Shown here piece by piece: positions 37,743 to 46,998 of a DNA stretch of 64,000 nt. The translations under genes and the position numbers were made by a program. The stretch covers positions 961 through 64,960 of the forward strand of contig JAZPYB010000030.1 of assembly GCA_045543955.1 (NCBI GenBank), in the 5' to 3' direction. Under the pieces are notes generated by a model, which made no database searches, was not told the DNA's origin, and saw only the letters and a list, made by a program, of their open reading frames with translations. Source of the stretch: Eubacteriales bacterium (GTDB lineage: Bacteria; Bacillota; Clostridia; Oscillospirales; CAG-272). Each line of letters starts with the position of its first letter. Position 1 is the first letter of the stretch.

Positions 37743-37835
37743 GCGTGGGCGTATGAAATGAGTGCAGAAGGCGTGAACGAGCCAACGTCGGCGTACTAGT
37801 GTACGACAGAGGGCTCGGTCGCGTCTAAAAAGGAG
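37743..37835 (+). repeat. GC-rich modular repeat, copy 4
   Basis: Hairpin CGAGCC ... CGTAC-TAGT-GTACG ... GGCTCG (37778..37817), homologous to 26918..26960. Confidence 0.7.
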
Positions 37836-37840
37836 ACATA

Positions 37841-37876
37841 AAAAGTAGAGAACTTGCGATATACTCGCAAGTTCTC
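37841..37876 (-). terminator. Current terminator of the GH78-like gene
   Basis: Perfect 12-bp stem GAGAACTTGCGA / TCGCAAGTTCTC followed by a T-run on the minus strand. Confidence 0.85.
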
Positions 37877-37907
37877 AACATTAAAACTTTAAAAACTATT
37901 GATTTAT

Positions 37908-39851
37908 TTAATTCCTTGTCTGTTTTTGGTCTGTGCCATTGCAATAGCCCAAACACCAGTAGTAGTAAACAGGAATAGAGCTCCACCCGTGGCAAAGACT
38001 ACCCGCACCACCAAAGTCGTCAGCTCCATTTATTGTTTCCCACACGGTATCCGAGCCACTGTCTAGCATTATCTTATATGTCTTTTCAATTTCATCTAAG
38101 ATAAAGGACTTATATTTTTCTTTGTCTATTTTTACAAGAGCATCATAAACGTGTCTTTTAGCACTTAGTGAGCATTTTATAAGTGAGCCACTAACAAGCC
38201 ACTCCCCTACCCCTTCTTGCTCGTCCTTTTCCAATATGCCAGCAAGGACACCTAGCGCGTTTGTCAATTCTATTGGCTCGTTTATGTTTTGAGGGTTTGC
38301 AAAAATCTTTTTTTGCTTGTCAAAGAAAGATTTTTTTGTTTTGCTAGAAAGCTCATCAATTTCGTTATCGTATTCAAACTCAATATCGCAAATAGAGCAA
38401 ATTTCCTTATAAGCCTTTAACGCTATTATTGTCATTAGACTAAGGGGTAAATCAGCTGTTTTTTCAGTCTTTTGCCAAAGCGCACCCTCGGAATATGGCG
38501 ACCAGTCATAGAAATTCCAATGATTTTCTCCTTCAAAGGTTGCTATAAGCCCATTTTTAGTGTTTTTTAAAAACGTCGCAAGAATTTCCTTGACCTTGCA
38601 ATCGACCTCGAAAATCAGCGATTTATCGTCTGAATATTTTAGATACTCCAAAAGGGATGAAATATAATGCAAGGAAAAAGAGGGGATTGTTAAATCAATT
38701 CCACAAGGATAGCAGATTGACATAAGCCCGTCTTTCCTTCTGTCCTTGCTCATAAGAAGTAGATTTGAGCGTGCATAATCAAAATTCCCGCCCTCAAACG
38801 CGTAGTAGCCACATATCATTTGATTGCGCGAGTCAAATGCGTAAAGGCAGCCCTCTCTCCAAGGGCAATCAACATAATGCTCCTGCATACATTTTTCAAG
38901 CGTGTTTACGCAAATATCATAAATCTGCTTTTGGGTGCCAAAAAAAGGAACTTCTTTTCTTTTAACAGGCACAAAATGCGGAATTATTCCCACTCTATTT
39001 ACTTCAATTGGCTTCTCTGCAAAAATCTCAATATATTTTGCTCCCAAGCGAAGCATATGATTGGTAAATTCATTTTCGCCAGCCTTGGCTGTATATTTGA
39101 TGCTAAAATCGCGGCCGTCAGCAAGTCTTCTAACCCCACCGTCAATTACATGCTCACCATATGCCACAATAATCTTAGTTTTTTCAGTCGCATTTATATT
39201 AAATGAAACAAACCCAACCTGCTCTTTTCCAAGTGAATATAAAAAGTGTGTCCAATTCTCACTTTTTAGACACGTGGTGGTGCATATTTCTCCAACCGAA
39301 AGCTTTTTATATGGGCGATTAAAAAATGTACATTTTTTATCTACAATATAAGACCTTGAAAATCCGTTTTTCTCCCCGTTTTTCCAACCGTCCTCAAGTG
39401 TCGCATCGTATTCAAAGCCGAAGCCAAGCTGTGAACTGATTTTTGGAATTTCCCCACTTTTATATGCAAGGCTTTTTCTTGATTTAATATTTTCATCACT
39501 TGATAAAATAGTGGTGTTTTCGTCGTATATTTCAAAAATAACGCCGGGCTTGGACAAAATGTATCTTGAGTTGCTTTCGCCAAAGTGCCACACCAAAATT
39601 GCCAAATGGTTTTCTCCATTATTTATATAATCACTCAAATCAATTGTATCATATATTTTATAATGCTCATAGTCGCCATATTGGTTTGATGCGACATATT
39701 TTCCATTTACAAAAAGCGTATAGTCTCCGTCACAGCTTATATTGATTTTGGCACTTGTGTTAGCCTTGAAGGTTGAATAAAACTCGCCATATGTATTCTT
39801 TTCGCTTTTATTTGCAATCCAAATCCATTTTGCGTTATTAAAGACAGTCAT
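37908..39851 (-). CDS. GH78-related alpha-L-rhamnosidase-like glycoside hydrolase
   Basis: 647 aa with an N-terminus like rhamnosidases (FNNAKWIWIA...) and the variant catalytic-domain motif VDCPWREGCLYAFDS. The start is coupled to the stop of the upstream YbaK-like gene. Confidence 0.65.
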   Translation of the reverse strand: MTVFNNAKWIWIANKSEKNTYGEFYSTFKANTSAKINISCDGDYTLFVNGKYVASNQYGDYEHYKIYDTIDLSDYINNGENHLAILVWHFGESNSRYILSKPGVIFEIYDENTTILSSDENIKSRKSLAYKSGEIPKISSQLGFGFEYDATLEDGWKNGEKNGFSRSYIVDKKCTFFNRPYKKLSVGEICTTTCLKSENWTHFLYSLGKEQVGFVSFNINATEKTKIIVAYGEHVIDGGVRRLADGRDFSIKYTAKAGENEFTNHMLRLGAKYIEIFAEKPIEVNRVGIIPHFVPVKRKEVPFFGTQKQIYDICVNTLEKCMQEHYVDCPWREGCLYAFDSRNQMICGYYAFEGGNFDYARSNLLLMSKDRRKDGLMSICYPCGIDLTIPSFSLHYISSLLEYLKYSDDKSLIFEVDCKVKEILATFLKNTKNGLIATFEGENHWNFYDWSPYSEGALWQKTEKTADLPLSLMTIIALKAYKEICSICDIEFEYDNEIDELSSKTKKSFFDKQKKIFANPQNINEPIELTNALGVLAGILEKDEQEGVGEWLVSGSLIKCSLSAKRHVYDALVKIDKEKYKSFILDEIEKTYKIMLDSGSDTVWETINGADDFGGAGSLCHGWSSIPVYYYWCLGYCNGTDQKQTRN

Positions 39852-40403
39852 TTAATCCTCCTCGTATCTGGGCAAGGTTACAATTTGTGGTGTGTGATTA
39901 GTTGCCGGCAGAAATTTTTCAAGCAGGTCACTTGTTTTTATTTTAAGGCTTGAGGTGTTTATGCAAGGGTGACATCCAACAAAGTCCGGCTTTAAAACAT
40001 CCTCGTCAATTGCTAGGTGAACCACAAGGTCGATATCGTTTATAAGTCCCATTATACTAACTGAGCCCGGGGTAACATCCAAATACTTTGCCATATTCTC
40101 TTCGTCGGCAAACGAAAGACGAGATGAGCCGACAAGTGGCGAAAAATCCTTGGTTTTATAGGTTTTGCTCCCCAGCATCATAAGTAAATAAAATCTAGTT
40201 TTTTGGCGATTACATAGAAAGAGGTTTTTGCAAATTACCGTGTTTAATTCCTTCTCTATTTTCTCGCAATCCTCCATTGTCCCTGCCTCATTGTGGTCAA
40301 CGCGATAATATTCAACGCCGAGCTTATCTAAAAAGTCATAAACTCTAATTTCCTTTGGCAGTCTGTTTTCTTCGTTTTTAGGTCTTCCTACATATACCTG
40401 CAT
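39852..40403 (-). CDS. YbaK/ProX-type aminoacyl-tRNA editing domain protein
   Basis: 183 aa: CKNLFLCNRQKTRFYLLMM...LSFADEENMAKYLDVTPGSVSIMGL...CHPC, typical of prolyl-tRNA-synthetase-associated editing domains. Confidence 0.7.
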   Translation of the reverse strand: MQVYVGRPKNEENRLPKEIRVYDFLDKLGVEYYRVDHNEAGTMEDCEKIEKELNTVICKNLFLCNRQKTRFYLLMMLGSKTYKTKDFSPLVGSSRLSFADEENMAKYLDVTPGSVSIMGLINDIDLVVHLAIDEDVLKPDFVGCHPCINTSSLKIKTSDLLEKFLPATNHTPQIVTLPRYEED

Positions 40404-40717
40404 TTTTGTTTTCCTTTTCTTATGTGCAAAAATTATGACGAGTGTCCCATATGTGCTCTTTTCGAATTGACACAGCGCATCACTTATATTAAAATATAAG
40501 TGTCCTTAAAAGCTTGGGCGCCCCCGTTTGCCCTTTTTTGTCAAATTTATTAATATTTTTTATTTTACTGACACAGTTTGACAAAATATTTAAAGGACAC
40601 ACTCTATAATAATTATAGGGTTGAATAAAAGAAAAGTCAAGCGTTATTCTTCTCCACCTTGACTTTTATCATCAGCTATTTATTTTTACGATTTAGTATC
40701 TAAATAGGAAGCGAGAA

Positions 40718-41113
40718 ATGAAAAATTTAGATGAGGTAAAAAAAGACTTAAAGAATTTAAAAAAGGCCAGCCGAATTATCGAAAAGCTTTATCAAGCAGA
40801 GGCAACACATCTTAAAAGAATAAAGATGCTTGAGGCACTACCCAAAACCGAAGGAGTTTTGGCACTAATAGAAAAAGAGCGCGAGCACATTTTGAGCCTC
40901 AAGATTGAAACGGCAGTAAACGATGCCAGAATTATTGAAGAAAAGTATATGAGCCAAATACTAAAGCTTGACCCGATTGACAAGGGCATTATAATTGACA
41001 ACTATATAAACGGTATCCCCTGTTGGAAGATTGGTGCTGAGCTAGGCTATACAGAGGACGGCGTAAGAAAAAGAATTTCAAAAATTATGAAAATCTTTGT
41101 CTCTAACACATAA
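40718..41113 (+). CDS. Small coiled-coil protein with a sigma-70 region-4-like HTH (phage-type regulator-like)
   Basis: 131 aa. The C-terminal sequence IIDNYINGIPCWKIGAELGYTEDGVRKRISKIMKIF resembles region 4 and phage ArpU/DUF1492-type HTHs. Confidence 0.45.
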   Translation: MKNLDEVKKDLKNLKKASRIIEKLYQAEATHLKRIKMLEALPKTEGVLALIEKEREHILSLKIETAVNDARIIEEKYMSQILKLDPIDKGIIIDNYINGIPCWKIGAELGYTEDGVRKRISKIMKIFVSNT

Positions 41114-41148
41114 CAAAAAAGCAAGTCATCCGACTTGCTTTTTATTTT
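41114..41148. terminator. Bidirectional terminator
   Basis: Stem AAAAAGCAAGTC / GACTTGCTTTTT between convergent genes. Confidence 0.8.
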
Positions 41149-41154
41149 TACCCT

Positions 41155-42207
41155 TTAATCAAAGATATATCCGTAAACATTGTTTCCGCTTGTAAATCTA
41201 CCAAAGATATATTTTGCAGAAGCGGACTCGTTCATTACAAGAATATTGCCGTCATAATAAACCATTTCCTCTGCCATAGGTGGTGCAGTTACCTCTTTTT
41301 CCAAATCATCATCTGTAATAATATGTAGTGGAATTGGCTTTGCCATAGCCTTTTCGCCATATAGCTCTTGACTTGTGAACACAGATGTTGGAATTGTTCC
41401 TCTTGTATTAATTTTTTCAAAATCGTAAATATAGAGGTGTGATGGGTTTAAGCCCCAAGAGGTTGAAAGCACAAGCTTTCCGTTAGCTACACACATACCC
41501 TGAACCTGACTCGTAATTGAGTAAGCCTCGCTTGGTGTTTTAGATACGCCATAATTATCTATCACTGTGCTGTTTAACTCAAATGAGAGCATCATCGCTG
41601 TGTTTTCCTCTGTTCCCAGATTGAATTCATCGGGAGACTTATATTTTTCGTGGCCATCTCTGTGGAAGTTACCTGTATATAGCTTGCCCTCGTGAATATA
41701 GCAAAAGGCGGGCTTTAAATATACATATATAGAGCCTTGTAGCTTTGCGCTTTCTTGATTATCATCTAAAACGGATGCAAGTGAGAAAACATTTATTGAG
41801 TTTTCGTCATTGTCGTCGTTTGTAATATACAAATAAGCGCCATTATGAGCTATTCCACCTGCGTGACCAGTATAATTTTGTCCAGCCTTGTCTGTTAGCT
41901 TTGTGTAATTTAACACATTTCCGTCCTTGTCAAGAACATAAACACGAGATGCTGAGCCGTCCTTCATATAGCCCGAAACTAAGAACCTATCGTCCTCGTC
42001 GGTTTCAGCATTGCCCTCATAAAAATCGAAGCCTTGTTGAATAAAGCCGTCTGCAATACCTGGCACCTTGAATGCTGTTTCTGCGTTTGCAAAGAACCCA
42101 ACAAACAAAAGTCTTTCTCCAACCTTAACTATTGAAAGAAGCAAAACCACAGAAAGCACAAGTGCTACTAAAATCACAAGTGAAATCTTTAACGCTCTGT
42201 TTTTCAT
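41155..42207 (-). CDS. Membrane-anchored extracytoplasmic protein of unknown function (possibly beta-propeller-like)
   Basis: 350 aa with an N-terminal TM helix. It overlaps the stop of the 1423-aa gene by 4 nt, so the two are probably co-transcribed. Confidence 0.5.
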   Translation of the reverse strand: MKNRALKISLVILVALVLSVVLLLSIVKVGERLLFVGFFANAETAFKVPGIADGFIQQGFDFYEGNAETDEDDRFLVSGYMKDGSASRVYVLDKDGNVLNYTKLTDKAGQNYTGHAGGIAHNGAYLYITNDDNDENSINVFSLASVLDDNQESAKLQGSIYVYLKPAFCYIHEGKLYTGNFHRDGHEKYKSPDEFNLGTEENTAMMLSFELNSTVIDNYGVSKTPSEAYSITSQVQGMCVANGKLVLSTSWGLNPSHLYIYDFEKINTRGTIPTSVFTSQELYGEKAMAKPIPLHIITDDDLEKEVTAPPMAEEMVYYDGNILVMNESASAKYIFGRFTSGNNVYGYIFD

Positions 42208-45200
42208 ACCGTCTCCTTAATTTCCTTTTCGGATTTTTCGTCCTTAATATTTTTCTTTGCTACTGATAGCATAAGCTTAATTCTATTTAGCTGATTAACC
42301 TCGGATGCACCCGGGTCATAGTCGATAGCAACAATATTTGCGTTTGGATGCGCTGAACGTATGCGTTTAATTACTCCCTTACCGACAACGTGGTTTGGCA
42401 AGCACGCAAACGGCTGAATACAAACGATGTTAGGAGCATCATGCTCGATAAGCTCAAGCATCTCGCCCGCTAAGAACCAGCCCTCGCCATATTGATTGCC
42501 GATTGAAAGGAAAGGCTTAGCCATTTTAGCTACCTTTCTTATATCTGTCGGCATATCAAAGCGCTTACTTCTCTTTAACGCCTTAGTTGCCGGCTTGCGT
42601 AGCTTTTCAATGGCGCTAACACCAATTTTTGAAACAAACAAGCTTGTAATCTTGAAGCCAAAGAATTTATGCTTATACTCTGAATTATACACGCAGTAGC
42701 TGAAAAAGTCAAGGAAATCTGGAACTTTTACCTCAGCCCCCTCGCTTTCCAGTAGGTCAACAAGGTGGTTATTGGCTAGTGGCATATACTTAACAAGTAT
42801 CTCGCCAACTATTCCAACACGAGGCTTTTTAAGCTCCTCGTCCAGTGGCAAATTGTCAAAATCCTCAACAATTCCTCGGCAAATTTTCTTATACGACATT
42901 TTGCCCTTTTTGCCTAGAAGACTTGCAACGCATATATTTTTCCACTTTTGCCACAAGGCCTCGGCTGAGCCCTTTTCCTTTTCGTATGGACGAGTACGAT
43001 ATAGACATTTCATCATAAGGTCGCCATATACAACGGCCTTTACAGCCTTGAAAAGTGCCGAGAGTGGAATTTTAAAGCCCTCATTTTTCTCAAGCCCTGC
43101 CATATTGAGTGAAATAACAGGAATATATGACATACCAACCTTGTCAAGTGCGCGACGAATAAAGCCGACATAGTTACTTGCACGGCAGCAGCCACCTGTT
43201 TGTGTCATTATAATTGCCAATTTATGCGTGTCATATCTACCGGACAATACTGCCTCCATAATCTGTCCAACCATAGTGATGGATGGGAAGCACGCATCGT
43301 TATTTACATATTTAAGTCCTATATCTATTGCATCGCGTGTTGCGTTTGAGAGAACCTCAAAATTATAGCCATAGGATTTAAAGAGTGGCTCAATCAAGTC
43401 AAAATGTATCGGCGACATTTGAGGCGCTAAAATTGTGTATTTTTCGTCGTACATTTTCTTTGTAAACTCTGTGCGCTGATAGTTTATTGGCGCTTCATAT
43501 GGAGAGATGCCCTTTTGCTTACGCATATTCATAGCACTAATTAAGCTACGAACACGTATTCTGATTGCACCTAGGTTGTTTACCTCATCAATTTTAAGTG
43601 CTGTATATAATTTGCCCGAGCCGTCAAGAATTTCAGCCACTTGGTCAGTTGTTACAGCGTCAATGCCACAACCAAAGGAGTTTAACTGAATTAATTCAAG
43701 ATGCTCACGTGAGCGCACATAAGCGGCAGCATTATATAGACGAGAGTGATAAACCCATTGGTCAGTTACTCTTAAATTCTCTAATTCATCGTAAACCTCG
43801 GGGAGAGAGTCCTCTGTCAAAACTGCAAAGCCATATGAGGCTATAAGCTCGGGTATTCCGTGGTTGATTTCCGGGTCGGCGTGATATGGTCTTCCCGCCA
43901 AAACTATGCCACGTCCCCCTGCTTTTTCGAGGGAATCAAGGACCTCCTTGCCCTTCTTTTTAATATCTGCCTTTGCTTCCTTTTGCTCGCGCCAAGCGAG
44001 CTTAACTGCACGTCTTACTTCCTTTTCGGTCAGGTCATCGCCTCTTTCGTGCAAGAAATATCTAACTAGTCGGTCGGCAACCGTTTTTTCGCTTGTAAAT
44101 GCGATAAACGGACGCATATAATCAATTTTGCCCTCAACTATTTCCTCTACATTGTTTTTAATGTTTTCCGAGCAGGAAACAACAATTGGGCAGTTATAGT
44201 GGTTTTTAGCCACGCACGATTCTTGGTTTTCAAGGAAAATACAGGGGTAGAAAATCCTCTCTACTCCGTTTTCGATAAGCCATTTTATATGACCGTGCGC
44301 CATTTTGGCAGGGTAACACTCCGACTCTGACGGGATTGTTTCCATACCCATTTCATATATTTTTTTGGTCGATTTTGGAGATAATACTACGCTAAAGCCG
44401 AGCTCCTTGAAAAAGGTCGCCCAGAATGGGTAGTTTTCATAAATATTCAATACTCTTGGAATGCCGATTTTTCCAAATCTTGCCTCGTTTTCTGGTAATG
44501 GCTCATAGTTAAAAAGTCTTTCTAGCTTGTATGCTACAAGGTTCTCGCCCTTTGGGGTTGAGCTTTTTTCCTCTGCGCCCTTTTCACATCTATTTCCGGT
44601 TATGTATCGTCTGCCACCCTCAAAGGTATTTACAGTTAAAATACAGCTATTTGAACAGCCCTTACATCTTACCGTTGCGCTTTTATAGGTCAAAGCCTCA
44701 ATCTCGTCAAAGGAAAGCATTGAGCTTCTATCTCCAACTGCGTTTTGGCGCGCCAAAAGTGCCGCACCGAATGCGCCCATAATTCCCGAAATATCAGGAC
44801 AGGTAACTAAAACGCCTGAGATTTTTTCAAGTGCGCGTAAAACCGCGTGGTTATAGAACGTTCCACCTTGAACAACAACGTGTGAGCCAAGGTCAGAGGC
44901 TGTATTTAATTTAATTACCTTAAACATTGCGTTTTTAATAACCGAGTAAGCAAGACCGGCAGAGATATCGGGCACGGATGCGCCCTCCTTTTGCGCTTGC
45001 TTTACGTTTGAGTTCATAAAAACAGTACAACGTGTGCCAAGGTCAATTGGGTTTTTGGCATAGATAGCCTCGCGTGCGAAATCCTTTGCCTCGTAGCCAA
45101 GCGAGTTAGCAAACGACTCAATAAACGAGCCACAGCCAGACGAGCAAGCCTCGTTTAAAAGAATGTTGTCAACTGAGCCGTTTTTGATTTTTATACATTT

Positions 45201-46475
45201 CATATCCTGACCGCCAATGTCAAGAACACAGTCAACCTCGGGGTCGAAAAACGATGCGGCGGTACAGTGAGCAATAGTTTCAACCTCGCCCATATCTAAA
45301 TTGAATGCTGATTTTAAGAGCTTTTCGCCATAACCGGTTGAGCAAGCGTATTTTATAACCACTCCCTCTGGCATTTGTGATTTTAGCTCCTTAATAGCCC
45401 TTTTAGCCGTATTTACAGGCGAGCCTTGATTGTTTGAGTAGAAGGAATACAAAAGCTCTCCATTTTCGCCAATAAGTGCCAATTTCGTGGTTGTCGAGCC
45501 GGCATCTATTCCTAAATATGTATTGCCCTTGTAATTTTTTATGTCCGCCCTTTTTACCCTTGCCTTTTCGTGACGAGCAAGAAACTCACTATATTCGTCC
45601 TCATTTTCAAAGAGTGATGGGAGCCTTTTCAATTCAAAGCGCATCTCCACCCCTGCCTCTAATTTGGCAAGAAGCTCGGAAAGTAAGATTTCGCTAGCGT
45701 CCTCTGTTTCAAGTGCTGAGCCATATGCGGCAAAAAGATGGGAATTATCCGGGTCAACTGTTGTTTCGGGTGTTAATTTTAAGGTTCTGATAAATGCAGC
45801 CTTTAATTCCGTCAAGAAATGTAGTGGCCCACCGAGGAATGCAACAGTGCCACGGATTGGCTTGCCACACGCAAGACCAGAAACTGTTTGGTTTACAACA
45901 GCTTGGAAAATTGAGGCGGACAGGTCTGCTCTTGTTGCGCCCTCGTTTATAAGTGGTTGAATATCGGTTTTAGCAAACACGCCACAGCGAGCAGCTATTG
46001 GGTATATTCTTTCGTAATTCTTGGCTTCCTCGTTTAAGCCCTTGGCATCTGTTTGCAAAAGCGCTGCCATTTGGTCAATAAACGAGCCAGTGCCACCTGC
46101 ACAAATACCATTCATTCTCTCCTCGATGTTGTTACCATCAAAGTAGATTATTTTAGCATCCTCGCCACCAAGCTCAATAGCTACGTCGGTCTTTGGTGCT
46201 AATTTTTTTAGCGCTTCTGCTACTGCGCTAACCTCTTGGACAAAGCCAATGCCAAGCGCACGTCCTAAATTTATAGAGCCCGAGCCTGTGATTTTTGCTT
46301 TGATTCTGCACTCACCAAGCTCGTTTTTAAGTTCTCCTAAAAGCTGACAGAGCTTCTCTTTTGTGTGAGAAAGGTGTCTTTCATATTTGCCAAAAACTAT
46401 TTCGTCGTCTTTGTCAATTGCTACTATTTTTACAGTAGTTGAGCCAATGTCAATACCAATACGATAAAGCTCCAT
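42204..46475 (-). CDS. Fusion of two BcrAD/BadFG (HgdC-like) activase ATPase domains with a 2-hydroxyacyl-CoA dehydratase/benzoyl-CoA reductase-like module; PlsA/PlsR-like
   Basis: 1423 aa with two actin-fold ATPase starts (IGIDIGSTTVKIV and LGIDAGSTTTKLA) and Cys clusters (CKGCSNSC). The C-terminal part resembles HgdAB/BcrBC-like domains. Confidence 0.75.
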   Translation of the reverse strand: MELYRIGIDIGSTTVKIVAIDKDDEIVFGKYERHLSHTKEKLCQLLGELKNELGECRIKAKITGSGSINLGRALGIGFVQEVSAVAEALKKLAPKTDVAIELGGEDAKIIYFDGNNIEERMNGICAGGTGSFIDQMAALLQTDAKGLNEEAKNYERIYPIAARCGVFAKTDIQPLINEGATRADLSASIFQAVVNQTVSGLACGKPIRGTVAFLGGPLHFLTELKAAFIRTLKLTPETTVDPDNSHLFAAYGSALETEDASEILLSELLAKLEAGVEMRFELKRLPSLFENEDEYSEFLARHEKARVKRADIKNYKGNTYLGIDAGSTTTKLALIGENGELLYSFYSNNQGSPVNTAKRAIKELKSQMPEGVVIKYACSTGYGEKLLKSAFNLDMGEVETIAHCTAASFFDPEVDCVLDIGGQDMKCIKIKNGSVDNILLNEACSSGCGSFIESFANSLGYEAKDFAREAIYAKNPIDLGTRCTVFMNSNVKQAQKEGASVPDISAGLAYSVIKNAMFKVIKLNTASDLGSHVVVQGGTFYNHAVLRALEKISGVLVTCPDISGIMGAFGAALLARQNAVGDRSSMLSFDEIEALTYKSATVRCKGCSNSCILTVNTFEGGRRYITGNRCEKGAEEKSSTPKGENLVAYKLERLFNYEPLPENEARFGKIGIPRVLNIYENYPFWATFFKELGFSVVLSPKSTKKIYEMGMETIPSESECYPAKMAHGHIKWLIENGVERIFYPCIFLENQESCVAKNHYNCPIVVSCSENIKNNVEEIVEGKIDYMRPFIAFTSEKTVADRLVRYFLHERGDDLTEKEVRRAVKLAWREQKEAKADIKKKGKEVLDSLEKAGGRGIVLAGRPYHADPEINHGIPELIASYGFAVLTEDSLPEVYDELENLRVTDQWVYHSRLYNAAAYVRSREHLELIQLNSFGCGIDAVTTDQVAEILDGSGKLYTALKIDEVNNLGAIRIRVRSLISAMNMRKQKGISPYEAPINYQRTEFTKKMYDEKYTILAPQMSPIHFDLIEPLFKSYGYNFEVLSNATRDAIDIGLKYVNNDACFPSITMVGQIMEAVLSGRYDTHKLAIIMTQTGGCCRASNYVGFIRRALDKVGMSYIPVISLNMAGLEKNEGFKIPLSALFKAVKAVVYGDLMMKCLYRTRPYEKEKGSAEALWQKWKNICVASLLGKKGKMSYKKICRGIVEDFDNLPLDEELKKPRVGIVGEILVKYMPLANNHLVDLLESEGAEVKVPDFLDFFSYCVYNSEYKHKFFGFKITSLFVSKIGVSAIEKLRKPATKALKRSKRFDMPTDIRKVAKMAKPFLSIGNQYGEGWFLAGEMLELIEHDAPNIVCIQPFACLPNHVVGKGVIKRIRSAHPNANIVAIDYDPGASEVNQLNRIKLMLSVAKKNIKDEKSEKEIKETV

Positions 46476-46648
46476 ATCTCTCTGCCTCCTTTAAAAATCC
46501 CAAATTTACATTATATAATATCACTCTAATATTAACTTAATATAAATTAACTAAATTTTAGTATATCATTAATTTATTACATTTTTGTTAATTTTGTTGT
46601 ACACGGCAACAAAAACGATTTTGTTATACAAATGATAATATTGTTTTT

Positions 46649-46956
46649 GTAGGGGGGACGTTTCGTCTCCCGTTTTGTTTAATTATATTTGTCGCTTTCG
46701 GGAGGAGCAAGCACCTACAAGTCGCTATGCTCCCTTGCACGCTTTCCACTAACGAGAATCCCTCCGCCTCGTTCCTCGGCACCTCCCTTTACAAAGGAGG
46801 CTTGTTTTCTTTTTGTTCATCGATTATCAGCCAAATTCTCTGCTTATTATGATTTTTACAATTAATTCTCTTCTGTTGCTTTCTTGCCTCCTTTGTAAAG
46901 GCACCCATAGGGCGTGCGTTAGAAGAGGTGGGTTGCGTTAGCAAGTCGGAGGGATT
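46649..46956. repeat. GC-rich modular repeat cluster, copy 5 (inverted pair plus extra modules)
   Basis: GTAGGGGGGACGTTTCGTCTCCCG (46649..46672); CGGGAGGAGCAAGCACCTACAAG (46699..46721); left arm AATCCCTCCG...CACCTCCCTTTACAAAGGAGGC (46757..46801); right arm in inverted orientation (46886..46956). Confidence 0.85.
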
Positions 46957-46965
46957 TCGTCAATG

Positions 46966-46993
46966 AAAAAGCCACGGAAAAACCCGTGGCTTT
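46966..46993 (-). terminator. Terminator of the XRE gene
   Basis: Stem GCCACGG / CCGTGGC with flanking A and T runs. Confidence 0.75.
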
Positions 46994-46998
46994 AGTTT

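Noticed and set aside
40404-40620. A T-box or other known riboswitch upstream of the YbaK-like editing gene, and a ZTP/THF riboswitch upstream of glyA (35674-35940)
   Set aside because: No T-box consensus (AGGGTGGNACCGCG-like) or other signature I know is present. The best glyA promoter (TTGATT-17-TATAAT) leaves only a short leader.
40718-41113. A prophage remnant around the sigma-region-4-like gene
   Set aside because: It is a single small gene with no integrase, capsid or other phage genes nearby. That is not enough to call a mobile element.
46649-46956. A CRISPR array or tRNA/rRNA fragments as the explanation for the GC-rich intergenic blocks
   Set aside because: The repeats are not regularly spaced with unique spacers. 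They occur singly or as inverted pairs at dispersed loci. No cas genes are present, and there are no cloverleaf-compatible sequences.
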